A stretch of DNA of 52,011 nucleotides from UHGV virus genome UHGV-1352696; one strand, given 5' to 3'. The position numbers and the translations under genes are program-made. Below the pieces are notes generated by a model. The model ran no database searches. It was given only the letters and a program-made list of their open reading frames with translations, and was not told where the DNA came from. Positions 9,476-18,303 of this stretch are shown piece after piece. The DNA is from a virus. Each line of letters begins with the position of its first letter. Position 1 is the stretch's first letter.

Positions 9476-11041
9476 TTATTCTTCTTCAAGTTTTGTTTGT
9501 GTTTCAATTTGTTGTACATTCTTTTCTACTTGGTTCTGTGTTCCAATATCATCAAGCTCACTCTGTACCTGTGTATTCATGCTCATGCTATCAAACATAT
9601 TATTTTCTATTGCTATTTGCATAAGTTCATCATCAATCTGTGCATCTGTTTTAAATTCATCCTTTCTCCACTTCTTAATGTATGACTTTCTACTTCTAGC
9701 ATTTGCCGCAATCTCTGAAAGATCTGACGCTTTTTCATCATCTTCATCTTCCATAAGAGCATAGTGTTCTAAAATATTAATGTTATACTGTATTTCGTCC
9801 AATCCTGTTAAAACATACCTTGAAACAACTTTTTCTTTGTTTAGCATTGCAATATCCAAAATACATTCAACAACAAACTCTAACGCTGGAATCCACGCTT
9901 TCATCTTTTCATCACATCTTACTTGTAATGGATAATATAATGCTTTTAATGCTTTTCCACTTGTTATTGTTCCCGCCATTGTCTCTTCTGAAATGTTTGG
10001 TATATCAAGCTCTCCATACATTGTTGTTTTAATTCTGTCTAGCGTTGCTTTAACACTCTCTGTATGATTCATCTGCGGTGCTAATGTTCCGACTTGCGGA
10101 TTTACTTCATTTTGATTTTGTTCTGAACGTAAGTCCCAATATGCACCAGCTCCACTGCTTAGGTTAGCTGTTGTTTCTGAATTCATATCCACTGTATAAC
10201 GAATAGGATTCATTCCTTTTCTTTCACTGTCTATATCTGCATTTCCAAGTCTACTATATCCAGCTTCATACATTGCTAAGTCTTCAATTTCCGATACACC
10301 TAGCTTATCAATCAGTGTTCCATCATTCAGAATAACAACTGCTGGGATATAGTCAAGCTCGATTATCTGTTCTTTTACAACTTCCTGTTCTACATTTCCA
10401 AGTCCATTATACAGAATAGAACTAAAATGTATTTGTCCATTTATTTCTTCATATCTGTTTACTAAATATTTCTTTTGGTTTGTTTGTCTTGTTCTGTTCA
10501 CACTCTCAAAACTTATAAACTTTGTTAATCTGTCTGAACCGTAGTCTGTCTCGTAATAAAACTGCAAACTGTTATAAAAATGTGTTTGTATTCCATCCTG
10601 TTTTGAAAAGTCAACCAAACATGCTACACGCTTTCCGATAAAACAATCTTTTGCACTTTGTAACAATGTTCTTGAAAAATTACTGTTCTTTAAAACCTTG
10701 TTTACTAATGTTTGATACTGCTGTATTTGTTCTGTGTTTTCTTCATCAACATAATTTTGTTGTATTAAAAAATCAGGTGTTTGACTGAACATAAATCTTG
10801 CTTCTTTATCAATCAATGTTTTTGCAATTTTAAACCTAACATCTGATGCTACATAATCCCCTGCTGTTCCCTCTGTTATAAATTCAGCGCCTTTTTTATA
10901 ATCAATATAGTTTTGTTGTATCTGTAACAATTCTTGTGTATATAAATTATATCCCTCTTCTATTTCATTTCTTAAAACAAAATAAGGAAAATTTCTTAAT
11001 GCTTGTATTACTTCAACACTATGTTGTTTATTACTAGCCAT
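9476..11041 (-). CDS. Portal protein
   Basis: 521 aa with an acidic C-terminus. Followed by a Mu-F-like head protein. Size and position are typical of portal genes. Confidence 0.75.
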   Translation of the reverse strand: MASNKQHSVEVIQALRNFPYFVLRNEIEEGYNLYTQELLQIQQNYIDYKKGAEFITEGTAGDYVASDVRFKIAKTLIDKEARFMFSQTPDFLIQQNYVDEENTEQIQQYQTLVNKVLKNSNFSRTLLQSAKDCFIGKRVACLVDFSKQDGIQTHFYNSLQFYYETDYGSDRLTKFISFESVNRTRQTNQKKYLVNRYEEINGQIHFSSILYNGLGNVEQEVVKEQIIELDYIPAVVILNDGTLIDKLGVSEIEDLAMYEAGYSRLGNADIDSERKGMNPIRYTVDMNSETTANLSSGAGAYWDLRSEQNQNEVNPQVGTLAPQMNHTESVKATLDRIKTTMYGELDIPNISEETMAGTITSGKALKALYYPLQVRCDEKMKAWIPALEFVVECILDIAMLNKEKVVSRYVLTGLDEIQYNINILEHYALMEDEDDEKASDLSEIAANARSRKSYIKKWRKDEFKTDAQIDDELMQIAIENNMFDSMSMNTQVQSELDDIGTQNQVEKNVQQIETQTKLEEE

Positions 11042-11065
11042 ATAATACTATACTCCTTTCTATTA

Positions 11066-11102
11066 TATAATATATTATAATATATAAATATATATAAGTC
11101 AA
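11066..11102 (-). promoter_or_regulatory. Sigma-70 consensus promoter (TTGACT-17 nt-TATAAT) driving the portal gene
   Basis: -35 at 11102..11097 and -10 at 11079..11074 on the minus strand. RBS GAAAGGAG upstream of the ATG at 11041. Confidence 0.6.
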
Positions 11103-11133
11103 TAATTATTTTATGTTTTTATATATAACAAAA

Positions 11134-11151
11134 GGGTGGATTTCTCCACCC
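11134..11151 (-). terminator. Rho-independent terminator after the lysin gene
   Basis: GGGTGGA-TTTC-TCCACCC hairpin. On the minus strand it is followed by TTTTGTTATATAT. Confidence 0.6.
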
Positions 11152-11167
11152 CCATTAAATGTTTGTT

Positions 11168-12082
11168 TTAGAATAACTGGAATCTATCAATAGGAACACC
11201 ATATGCACCAGCATATCCATCTTGTCCGCCTGTTGTTTCGTCATTATACTGCCATGAATAATATCCTCGCTTTACTGGTGACACTCTATACTGCGCTTTC
11301 TGCCAACTTCCTACTGGTGGATGATAAATAACTTGTATTGCATCAATAACTTTACCAACTCCGGCATATCCATTGTTACTATCATTCCAATTACAACCGG
11401 AAACATATGGTAGCCATCTTCCACCAAGAACATGAACTCTATAACTTACTGAACCAACATCACACTTAATTGCAATGTCTGTTATCTTTCTACCTTGTAC
11501 ACCAGCAAAATCTTGTAGGTTTCGAACAAATGGATATATTGTTCCTCCCTCTACTCTTACTGCATATGTAAAATTAACTGGTACATTATAATGTCCTCCA
11601 CTTGGCTGTGGTGTTGTTACTCCTGTTACTGTTACTCCATTACCATAATCAATATCACAAAGCTTTAAAAGGTGCGTGAACCTGTTCTGTGACAAATTAG
11701 CTATTCTTACACCATAAGCTGAACCATCTGCGGCAATGTATTTATCATCTCCGAGATAAATTCCAATATGTCCTTTCATCCATACTGCCCAACCAATGTT
11801 ATTGTTTGTTCTTTGTGAGATTGGAATAACTTCCACTGCTGTTTCTTTATATTGGTAACTGCCACGCATTTTACCAGTATACCAACTAATTAATCCACTA
11901 CAATCTACACATACTTTTCCGGCTTTGTTATCGTCACTATACCAAACACAGTTAGAACCATATGTTCTTCTTAACTCTCTGATTCTATCCAGTGTTACAA
12001 CTTCTCCTTTTGCCCCATAAATGTATGGAGTTCCAACTTTACTCTTTGCGAAATCAATTAACCCTTGTACTGTTTTACTCAT
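11168..12082 (-). CDS. Endolysin: N-terminal NlpC/P60 cysteine peptidase domain plus a C-terminal putative cell-wall-binding domain
   Basis: GTPYIYG...VDCSGLISWY (catalytic Cys) ... KGHIGIYLGDDKYIAADGS (His). 304 aa. Directly downstream of the holin. Confidence 0.8.
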   Translation of the reverse strand: MSKTVQGLIDFAKSKVGTPYIYGAKGEVVTLDRIRELRRTYGSNCVWYSDDNKAGKVCVDCSGLISWYTGKMRGSYQYKETAVEVIPISQRTNNNIGWAVWMKGHIGIYLGDDKYIAADGSAYGVRIANLSQNRFTHLLKLCDIDYGNGVTVTGVTTPQPSGGHYNVPVNFTYAVRVEGGTIYPFVRNLQDFAGVQGRKITDIAIKCDVGSVSYRVHVLGGRWLPYVSGCNWNDSNNGYAGVGKVIDAIQVIYHPPVGSWQKAQYRVSPVKRGYYSWQYNDETTGGQDGYAGAYGVPIDRFQLF

Positions 12083-12137
12083 ATACCTCTATAATCTCCT
12101 TAAATGCCCCTAGAATCAATTTTAATATGCTACACTA

Positions 12138-12383
12138 CTATTCCTTAGCTTCTACCTCTTTAATGCCTGCAATGCTCGTTAAAAGGCTTACAACACCAGC
12201 TACTACACTTGCAGATACTACCATCTTCCAATCTACTGAACTAATAACCACACTAGAACCAATTACACCAATAGCCGCCTGTGCCATTGTTTTAATTGCT
12301 CTTATGCTTGCCGCCTTAAGCCATTCAACAGTATCAACACTTGGTTTAAATACACAATTTTTAAACATGTTTTTTACCTCCAT
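12138..12383 (-). CDS. Holin (two transmembrane segments)
   Basis: 81 aa: MEVKNMFKNCVFKPSVDTVEWLKAASIRAIKTMAQAAIGVIG... plus a second hydrophobic segment. Adjacent to the lysin. Confidence 0.75.
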   Translation of the reverse strand: MEVKNMFKNCVFKPSVDTVEWLKAASIRAIKTMAQAAIGVIGSSVVISSVDWKMVVSASVVAGVVSLLTSIAGIKEVEAKE

Positions 12384-12708
12384 TTTCTAATTGACATAAC
12401 TCTAATGCATGTTTTGCTTCTCCTATTTCTTTTTCATTTCTTTCTATTGCGTCCCACTGCTGTTTCTGACCTTTTCTTACGTGTTCTTTGTATTCTTCTA
12501 TTTCTTTGTTTTGTTTTTCTAGTTTCTCATTTTGTTCTTTCATTTCTTTTGCTAACTGTTCTACTCTTAGTGTTAATTCTGTCATTGCTTTTGTGTTTTC
12601 GCTTAATGGTCTATATACTGCTGTAAATATTCCAATAAGCGAACTTAAGCCTAATACTACTATGCCTATCATTTCTGCTGTTGTCACATTATGAAACCTC
12701 CTATTCAT
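12361..12708 (-). CDS. Membrane-anchored coiled-coil protein in the lysis cassette (lysis-associated, function unknown)
   Basis: N-terminal transmembrane segment (IGIVVLGLSSLIGIFTAVY), then a coiled-coil rich in E/K/Q. Overlaps the holin start. Confidence 0.5.
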   Translation of the reverse strand: MNRRFHNVTTAEMIGIVVLGLSSLIGIFTAVYRPLSENTKAMTELTLRVEQLAKEMKEQNEKLEKQNKEIEEYKEHVRKGQKQQWDAIERNEKEIGEAKHALELCQLENGGKKHV

Positions 12709-12721
12709 TCACTTTTACATT

Positions 12722-14782
12722 TTAAGCTGCCATTTTCTGCTTCCATGCTTCGATTGCAGCGGTATAAGTAGCAGAATCACGTGTTGGAATATATACCAAG
12801 CGACCCCCGATACTCCGATTACGACCACCAACACCGTAAGTCAGATCCCAACAGAAACCGCCCGCACTACCGCCATTACCCCAATAACCGCCCAATGGAG
12901 CGATACGGTAACCGTTCGAGTTGATAGTGATATATGTGTAATCACCAACAGGTAATGAACTGTTACCAAGGCATTCTGACGCAATAAATAACCAGTCACA
13001 AGCTGTTGAATATCCCATTGCTGAAATATAACCGTTTGCGTTTGTTACTGTAAATCCGGCAGGTTCATAATTTCCACTGTTCTTTGATTCTGCAAAACTG
13101 AAATCAGAACAAATATAAGGCTGACCACCGCCCATTTTTCCATTGCCCCAAATATTGATACCATAGACAAATTCCCAAATGTTGCCCCAAAAGTTTTCTT
13201 TACCTCTCCAACATACAGAAGTCTTACCGTCAACAGTGTACTCTTTAGCAACACCACCTTCATAAGTGGTTGTTTTCTCTGCCCTACCTGTACCGTTTCC
13301 AAGGCTTGCTGTACTTCCGGTTGCAGCTGCATATGAACTTGTTGTGTCACTTCCTGTAGTCCAAGGTAAGGAAACAACCCCCTGTGCAATAGCGGTCTGT
13401 AAGTTCATCATACCCATTTCAATGATCATAAGCATCTGTTCAGCAGACACCTGTTTAATCAGATCACCATGCCAGTTTGTTCCACGATTCTGTGCCATTG
13501 CTTCAATATTCGGTCTTGTAAGATTCTGTGAAGAACCGGATGCAGGTCTTGCACCTGCGATTGATGAAAACTTATCTTCACCAGTGTTCATAACCTGTTC
13601 ATCATTCAACAGATACGCACTTGCTGATGCATCGTAAATACTACCTTCATAAGCACTTGTCAGGAAATAATCAATTTCATTTCCTGATGCATCGTAGAAT
13701 GCCGGGTGAAGTCTGAAACCTGCACGTGGCTTTTCTGACACATAATAGTTTGCCTTTCTTAAGTGGTAACCAATGCCTGTATCAATAGGGTCATACTCTA
13801 CAGGACACACCAAATAATAGAACTTTGGCTGATATACCATTACCTGACCCATTGAACCATCTTCTTTGTAATCTGCATCACCGTACCATGCTACGATAGA
13901 ACCATTATCAGCAACATTACAGCGTTTACGACCACCAAACATTGTGAACTTGTCAAAATCAGAACCTTTTGAAAGGTTGGCTGCTCCGGCAAGTCGTTTG
14001 AATGTTTTATTTTTGTAATCGACCTGAATACCGACAATATCATCAGCAGTGATACCCAAATAGGCACGAATATCTGCAATATTAGCAAAAACAGTCTGCA
14101 TTGCACTCATAAATTCTGTTTTATCAACTTTATGTTCCTTTAAATTACTAACATCTTTTAGCATTTGTGTATAATCACTTGGAATTGTTCCTATTACTTC
14201 TTGTGCTTTCTTTTCAATTTCTGTTTTTTGTTCATTTGCTACTCTTAACAATTCTGCTTCAAGCTGATTATAATAGTCCTTTGCAACTTGCTCCTGTTCC
14301 TGTGTTCCATCTACTTCTAATCCCTCTAATACTTCACCATTTGCAAGTGTTGTATTCCATTCATTTGTTATAATACCATCCGTTTTTGTTTTAATCGCAC
14401 AGACAATAAAAGAGATAATACCCTTATATGCTGTTACTTTTCTGCTTAATTCCCAACTAAATGTTACGTAATCTTGTCCATCTGTTTTTAAATCTGTTAC
14501 AATATATTTGTCTTTCCCACTTTCCAACCCACTTGCATTTTGATAAATAACTCTTAGGTCTAGCTTGCTTAAGTCTATTCCATTTCCAACAAACCTTTTA
14601 CATCTGAAATATTTTCTTTCACCTTTTTCATCACTCATAACACCGAATATTCTTTCTGTGTCTGGAATAATCATTGTTCTTGTGTCTGCATCTATCTCTA
14701 TTACATCATTTGTTTCTGTTAATCCTTTCGCTACAACTTCTGCCACATTTAGCAATTCATCTACACTAGGCACTTTATACAC
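12722..14782 (-). CDS. Receptor-binding / baseplate protein. BppU-like N-terminal anchor and coiled coil. C-terminal formylglycine-generating-enzyme-like (C-type lectin fold) domain.
   Basis: C-terminal motifs ENFWGNIWEFVYG and GGYWGNGGSAGGFCWD...GGRLVY resemble FGE/DUF323 signatures (GNVWEW..., RGGSW). The 3' two-thirds (12722 to about 14100) is markedly GC-richer than the rest of the genome. Confidence 0.6.
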   Translation of the reverse strand: MYKVPSVDELLNVAEVVAKGLTETNDVIEIDADTRTMIIPDTERIFGVMSDEKGERKYFRCKRFVGNGIDLSKLDLRVIYQNASGLESGKDKYIVTDLKTDGQDYVTFSWELSRKVTAYKGIISFIVCAIKTKTDGIITNEWNTTLANGEVLEGLEVDGTQEQEQVAKDYYNQLEAELLRVANEQKTEIEKKAQEVIGTIPSDYTQMLKDVSNLKEHKVDKTEFMSAMQTVFANIADIRAYLGITADDIVGIQVDYKNKTFKRLAGAANLSKGSDFDKFTMFGGRKRCNVADNGSIVAWYGDADYKEDGSMGQVMVYQPKFYYLVCPVEYDPIDTGIGYHLRKANYYVSEKPRAGFRLHPAFYDASGNEIDYFLTSAYEGSIYDASASAYLLNDEQVMNTGEDKFSSIAGARPASGSSQNLTRPNIEAMAQNRGTNWHGDLIKQVSAEQMLMIIEMGMMNLQTAIAQGVVSLPWTTGSDTTSSYAAATGSTASLGNGTGRAEKTTTYEGGVAKEYTVDGKTSVCWRGKENFWGNIWEFVYGINIWGNGKMGGGQPYICSDFSFAESKNSGNYEPAGFTVTNANGYISAMGYSTACDWLFIASECLGNSSLPVGDYTYITINSNGYRIAPLGGYWGNGGSAGGFCWDLTYGVGGRNRSIGGRLVYIPTRDSATYTAAIEAWKQKMAA

Positions 14783-14788
14783 CTCCTC

Positions 14789-15097
14789 TTATGTTTGTTC
14801 TATATATGCCCTGTTTGTTGTTATTCTTGTTTTATTACTTTTTCCTGTTAGTTCAAAATAAAACATACTTCCATGTGTTACATTTACTGGAACTGTGACT
14901 CTATCTTTTATGATTTCATTTGTTTGCTTTCCATCTACATCATAGAAACTTATAACTCTTTTTGTTTCTTTCCACTCTTGATTAAAATGAAATACCAAAC
15001 ACAAATAATTATCAGAACCTCTTACAATGTTTTCAAAGTCACATTGTTTATTTCTTCTTAATAACTGTCCAGTAACATCAAAGTGTAATTCTCTCAT
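14789..15097 (-). CDS. Hypothetical protein
   Basis: 102-aa ORF. Overlaps its upstream neighbour by 4 nt (translational coupling). Confidence 0.4.
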   Translation of the reverse strand: MRELHFDVTGQLLRRNKQCDFENIVRGSDNYLCLVFHFNQEWKETKRVISFYDVDGKQTNEIIKDRVTVPVNVTHGSMFYFELTGKSNKTRITTNRAYIEQT

Positions 15098-15354
15098 TGC
15101 TTTCCACCTCGCCTAATTATTCCGCTTGCCACTGTTCTTTCTACTGTTTCGTCATGTTCTATATTCAATGGTTCTGAATCATATGTTGCAAATACTGGCT
15201 CTCTTTCTTCTATGATTGCCATACATAATTCTATACCATTATATATTCCACAACTATAATCATCACCAATGCTTTGTGCTTGCATTCCTTTTAACTGTTT
15301 TATACTGTTCTTAATTGTTTTTAATTTCTTCCAACTTCTCAACATTCTTAGCAC
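15094..15354 (-). CDS. Hypothetical protein
   Basis: 86-aa ORF directly downstream of terL. Confidence 0.4.
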   Translation of the reverse strand: MLRMLRSWKKLKTIKNSIKQLKGMQAQSIGDDYSCGIYNGIELCMAIIEEREPVFATYDSEPLNIEHDETVERTVASGIIRRGGKQ

Positions 15355-15412
15355 CTCCTATGAGCTTCTATTCGCCACCTATAAGCCACTTTATTTCTTT
15401 AGCCTATAAATA

Positions 15413-16771
15413 CTAGCCTGCTTTACTATTTGTCTTTATTTGCTTGACATCGGCTACTGTATACTGGTCTAACGCATACCATAAGGCGCTCATGCAATGT
15501 GAATCGATATTGAATTCATCATATATTACATTTCCCTTTGAATCCTTGGCATACGTTAAGTCTTTTAGTTCCCTTATTGTATTCCTACATTTTGGTGAAC
15601 ATACTATTTTCTTAAATCTCTTTACCTTCTTTGTGTTCTGCAACCTACTTCCCGGGTATTTTCTACATGCATACATGTTGAATCCCTCTTGCCTATAGTA
15701 CTGTATATCTTTTGGTGATGCGCTATCTGCAAATATAGGCTTCTTACAATTCTCTGCTCTTTGTTTTGCTTTCCTTACTCCATCTAATAAAATAAACTTA
15801 TTGTCCGTCATATGGTTTCTGTATACTTCATCATAAATGTAAAGTATTTTGTTTTTATCATCTACTGCACAGCTAATTAGTGCATTATAACTTGTTTCAA
15901 AACCAAAATCCAAACCGAAGAAATGATATTTACTTGGTATGTTTGCTATTGTATTTGTAAATTGTTTTGCATTTGTCGCAATAGTAAATTGTGGTAGAAC
16001 TCTTGTTCCACTTGCTCCGAATCTTCCCCACCTTGCTACCGTCCATAAGTGTGGGTCATTAATCTTTAAACTATCAAGACGCTTTATATATGACACTGGC
16101 AAGAAAGGATTATCGTCTGCAATACTATGATGATAATATACTCCATTCTTTTTATTTACTAATGTTCTTCTTTTGTATATCTCCTGTTCTTCCTGTATTA
16201 CGTGTTCTTTTCCTTTATCATCTGTATGAACAAAAAATGTGTTATACACCCAATTTTCTTTCCCTGCCGGATTTGTTGTCATAATAAAGTGTAGTGACAT
16301 TTTAGGCTCTCTGATACGTCCTAGAAGCTCTGTATAAGCATCATAACGTATTTCGCTACACTCTTCCATCCAAACGATAGAAACACCATGTATGGACTTT
16401 ATTTTCTCTACATTGTCCATTCCTCTAAATATGATTCTACTACCATTTGAAAATCTTACTTCCATTGGTGACATAACCGCTACAGCCTTTCCATTCTTAG
16501 GCAAGTGCTGATTAGGTAATGATTCATCACTTAACATGTTCATCTTTTCTAGTATTTCTTTAAATAATGCAAAACATGATTCTTTTATTGTTCCATATAC
16601 TTGTCTTACTACAAGGCATGTTCTTCTTTCTTCTAATAGTTTTAATATGATTTTAAGTGCTACATGGTAACTCTTACCACTACCATATCCACCGAATAAA
16701 AGGTATTGTTCATAATTCCAATCTGTTAAAAAAGTGGAGAATCTTTTCGAAACATCAATATTAACATCCAT
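15413..16771 (-). CDS. terL: Terminase large subunit (PBSX-type)
   Basis: Walker A FGGYGSGKS, Walker B VWMEEC, and a C-terminal RNase-H-like nuclease domain (FGLDFGF, ADSASPKD). 452 aa. Confidence 0.9.
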   Translation of the reverse strand: MDVNIDVSKRFSTFLTDWNYEQYLLFGGYGSGKSYHVALKIILKLLEERRTCLVVRQVYGTIKESCFALFKEILEKMNMLSDESLPNQHLPKNGKAVAVMSPMEVRFSNGSRIIFRGMDNVEKIKSIHGVSIVWMEECSEIRYDAYTELLGRIREPKMSLHFIMTTNPAGKENWVYNTFFVHTDDKGKEHVIQEEQEIYKRRTLVNKKNGVYYHHSIADDNPFLPVSYIKRLDSLKINDPHLWTVARWGRFGASGTRVLPQFTIATNAKQFTNTIANIPSKYHFFGLDFGFETSYNALISCAVDDKNKILYIYDEVYRNHMTDNKFILLDGVRKAKQRAENCKKPIFADSASPKDIQYYRQEGFNMYACRKYPGSRLQNTKKVKRFKKIVCSPKCRNTIRELKDLTYAKDSKGNVIYDEFNIDSHCMSALWYALDQYTVADVKQIKTNSKAG

Positions 16772-16892
16772 GCTTCTTCTCTCCTTTTTGTTTTAATTTG
16801 TTTGTAATAGCAGAAAAGGACAGATACATCACTGTGCATCTGCCTTTCTGTTTGAATTAATTATACCATATTATATTTTATACGTCAATGCT

Positions 16893-17198
16893 TTACTTAG
16901 ATATTTTAGATAAAATATCTCCAAGATTATTAACTACTTTATCCATTGTTTTAAACAGCTCTTCATATGATTCACCATACACTTCTTTCATGCATTCATC
17001 CCTGTGATTAATCAGATTCTCAAGTGTTGCATTTTTCATTTTCAAATCTTCATCTTTAATTTCAATCATACATATCACTGAACCGATTGCATTCATAATT
17101 GTTGCTTGACTTTCAAGAATAATATCAAGTTTGTTTTCTACTTTTTCAATTCTCTCCTCAACTGTTTTCTCATTTACTCTTTCTTTTCTTTCTTCCAT
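16893..17198 (-). CDS. Hypothetical coiled-coil protein. Sits immediately upstream of terL, where a terminase small subunit would be expected, but has no recognisable HTH.
   Basis: 101 aa, E/K-rich. Confidence 0.4.
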   Translation of the reverse strand: MEERKERVNEKTVEERIEKVENKLDIILESQATIMNAIGSVICMIEIKDEDLKMKNATLENLINHRDECMKEVYGESYEELFKTMDKVVNNLGDILSKISK

Positions 17199-17260
17199 TG
17201 TTTTGTATTTCCTTTCTGAAATAGATGTTTATTTGTTTTCTTTTAGACTTTACTGCCTAA

Positions 17261-17332
17261 TGGACTATATAGGAATCGAACCTATTACTCTTCGCTTATG
17301 AGGCGACTGTTCTACCAATGAACTAATAGTCC
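17261..17332 (-). tRNA. tRNA-Met (anticodon CAU; could be initiator or elongator Met, or a lysidine-modified Ile2 tRNA)
   Basis: Minus-strand read GGACTATTAGTTCATTGGTAGAACAGTCGCCTCATAAGCGAAGAGTAATAGGTTCGATTCCTATATAGTCCA. 7-bp acceptor stem GGACTAT/ATAGTCC. T-arm ATAGG-TTCGATT-CCTAT. Anticodon loop CTCATAA. No encoded CCA. Confidence 0.8.
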
Positions 17333-17397
17333 TTATGTGTTGCTTTCATGCGCTTGAACACTACTCACAACACTTTAGCAAGAAAAGAAATTTGGTA

Positions 17398-17418
17398 TGC
17401 ACACTGTAAAGGTGTGCA
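17398..17418 (-). terminator. Hairpin with a T-run immediately 3' of tRNA-Gln (terminator or processing site)
   Basis: TGCACAC-loop-GTGTGCA. On the minus strand it is followed by TACCAAATTTCTTTTCTT. Confidence 0.4.
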
Positions 17419-17419
17419 A

Positions 17420-17491
17420 CTACCTAGGTTGGATTCGAACCAACGAATGCAGGAGTCAAATTCCTGTGCCTTACCACTTGGCTACTAGGCA
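17420..17491 (-). tRNA. tRNA-Gln (anticodon UUG)
   Basis: Minus-strand read TGCCTAGTAGCCAAGTGGTAAGGCACAGGAATTTGACTCCTGCATTCGTTGGTTCGAATCCAACCTAGGTAG. U1-A72 acceptor pair as in bacterial tRNA-Gln. Anticodon stem CAGGA/TCCTG with loop ATTTGAC. T-arm GTTGG-TTCGAAT-CCAAC. Confidence 0.8.
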
Positions 17492-17910
17492 ATGTGTAGG
17501 CTGTAAAAGGATGGGGGTACTCTACAACCTACGAACTACAATAGATTAAGAAAAATACCCTCAAAGCATCATACCTGTGTTTTAATGACTTTAACCACCT
17601 GTCATATAATCCTATGCTTCTAATAAACAACCACTTGCGAAGAACACTTCTCTTGTATCCCAATCATGAATCTTTGTTCTTTTTGGCTCTTCTCTTATTT
17701 CATTGTATTTTCCATACTTCTGAATTTCAACATATGTTAAAAACTTTGCTGTTCTTTTTTATTACTTCAAACACTAACACATCATTTTCTGTATATGTTT
17801 TTCCTACTTCAAATTTTCTTTTTCCCATTTCTGTTCTCCTTATTTGTTTGCTTTCTTTAACTGTCTTTATTATATCATTTGTTTTTTGTTTTGTCAACAA
17901 CTATTTTAAA

Positions 17911-18141
17911 TTATGCAAATACTTTTTTAGGACTTTCTCTAAAATGTTCCTCTGCATACTCCTTTGCTGTTTTTAATGTTTTAGTTTCTGAATACTTTGC
18001 TCCATTTATATACAAATAATACTTTCCTGTTACTGGTTCTTTTTCAATAACATATTCGTTACTTGATATCCATAACTTATCAACTATTCTTTCTGCTTCC
18101 CATAAACCATCAATTCTTTTGTCTTTCTTAAATTTCATCAT
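17911..18141 (-). CDS. Hypothetical protein
   Basis: 76-aa ORF downstream of the promoter at 18197-18224. Confidence 0.45.
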   Translation of the reverse strand: MMKFKKDKRIDGLWEAERIVDKLWISSNEYVIEKEPVTGKYYLYINGAKYSETKTLKTAKEYAEEHFRESPKKVFA

Positions 18142-18196
18142 TTTTATTTTCTCCTTGTTTGTTTACTTTATTTTTGTTTTCCTTATCTTTGATTAT

Positions 18197-18224
18197 ATTA
18201 TAACACAACAAAACAAAAAGTCAA
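18197..18224 (-). promoter_or_regulatory. Sigma-70-like promoter (TTGACT-16-TATAAT)
   Basis: Minus-strand read TTGACTTTTTGTTTTGTTGTGTTATAAT. Confidence 0.55.
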
Positions 18225-18303
18225 TAACTATTTATAATAATATTTATATATTTATATAATAAAATAAGCACGTATATTTCAACGTGCTAACAACATAAAA
18301 CAT

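Noticed and set aside
12722-12900. Possible diversity-generating retroelement targeting the C-type-lectin-like C-terminus of the receptor-binding protein
   Set aside because: No reverse-transcriptase-like ORF (no YxDD-containing protein) anywhere in the window. No second template-repeat copy of the GC-rich 3' end was visible on either strand. The C-terminus is not rich in AAC/Asn codons.
17500-17900. Possible third tRNA or a frameshifted small gene between tRNA-Gln and ORF 17911..18141
   Set aside because: No T-arm or anticodon-arm structure could be folded. Only a 33-codon ORF (MGKRKFEVGKTYTENDVLVFEVIKKNSKVFNIC) with a second open frame after it. Insufficient evidence for either a pseudogene or an RNA.
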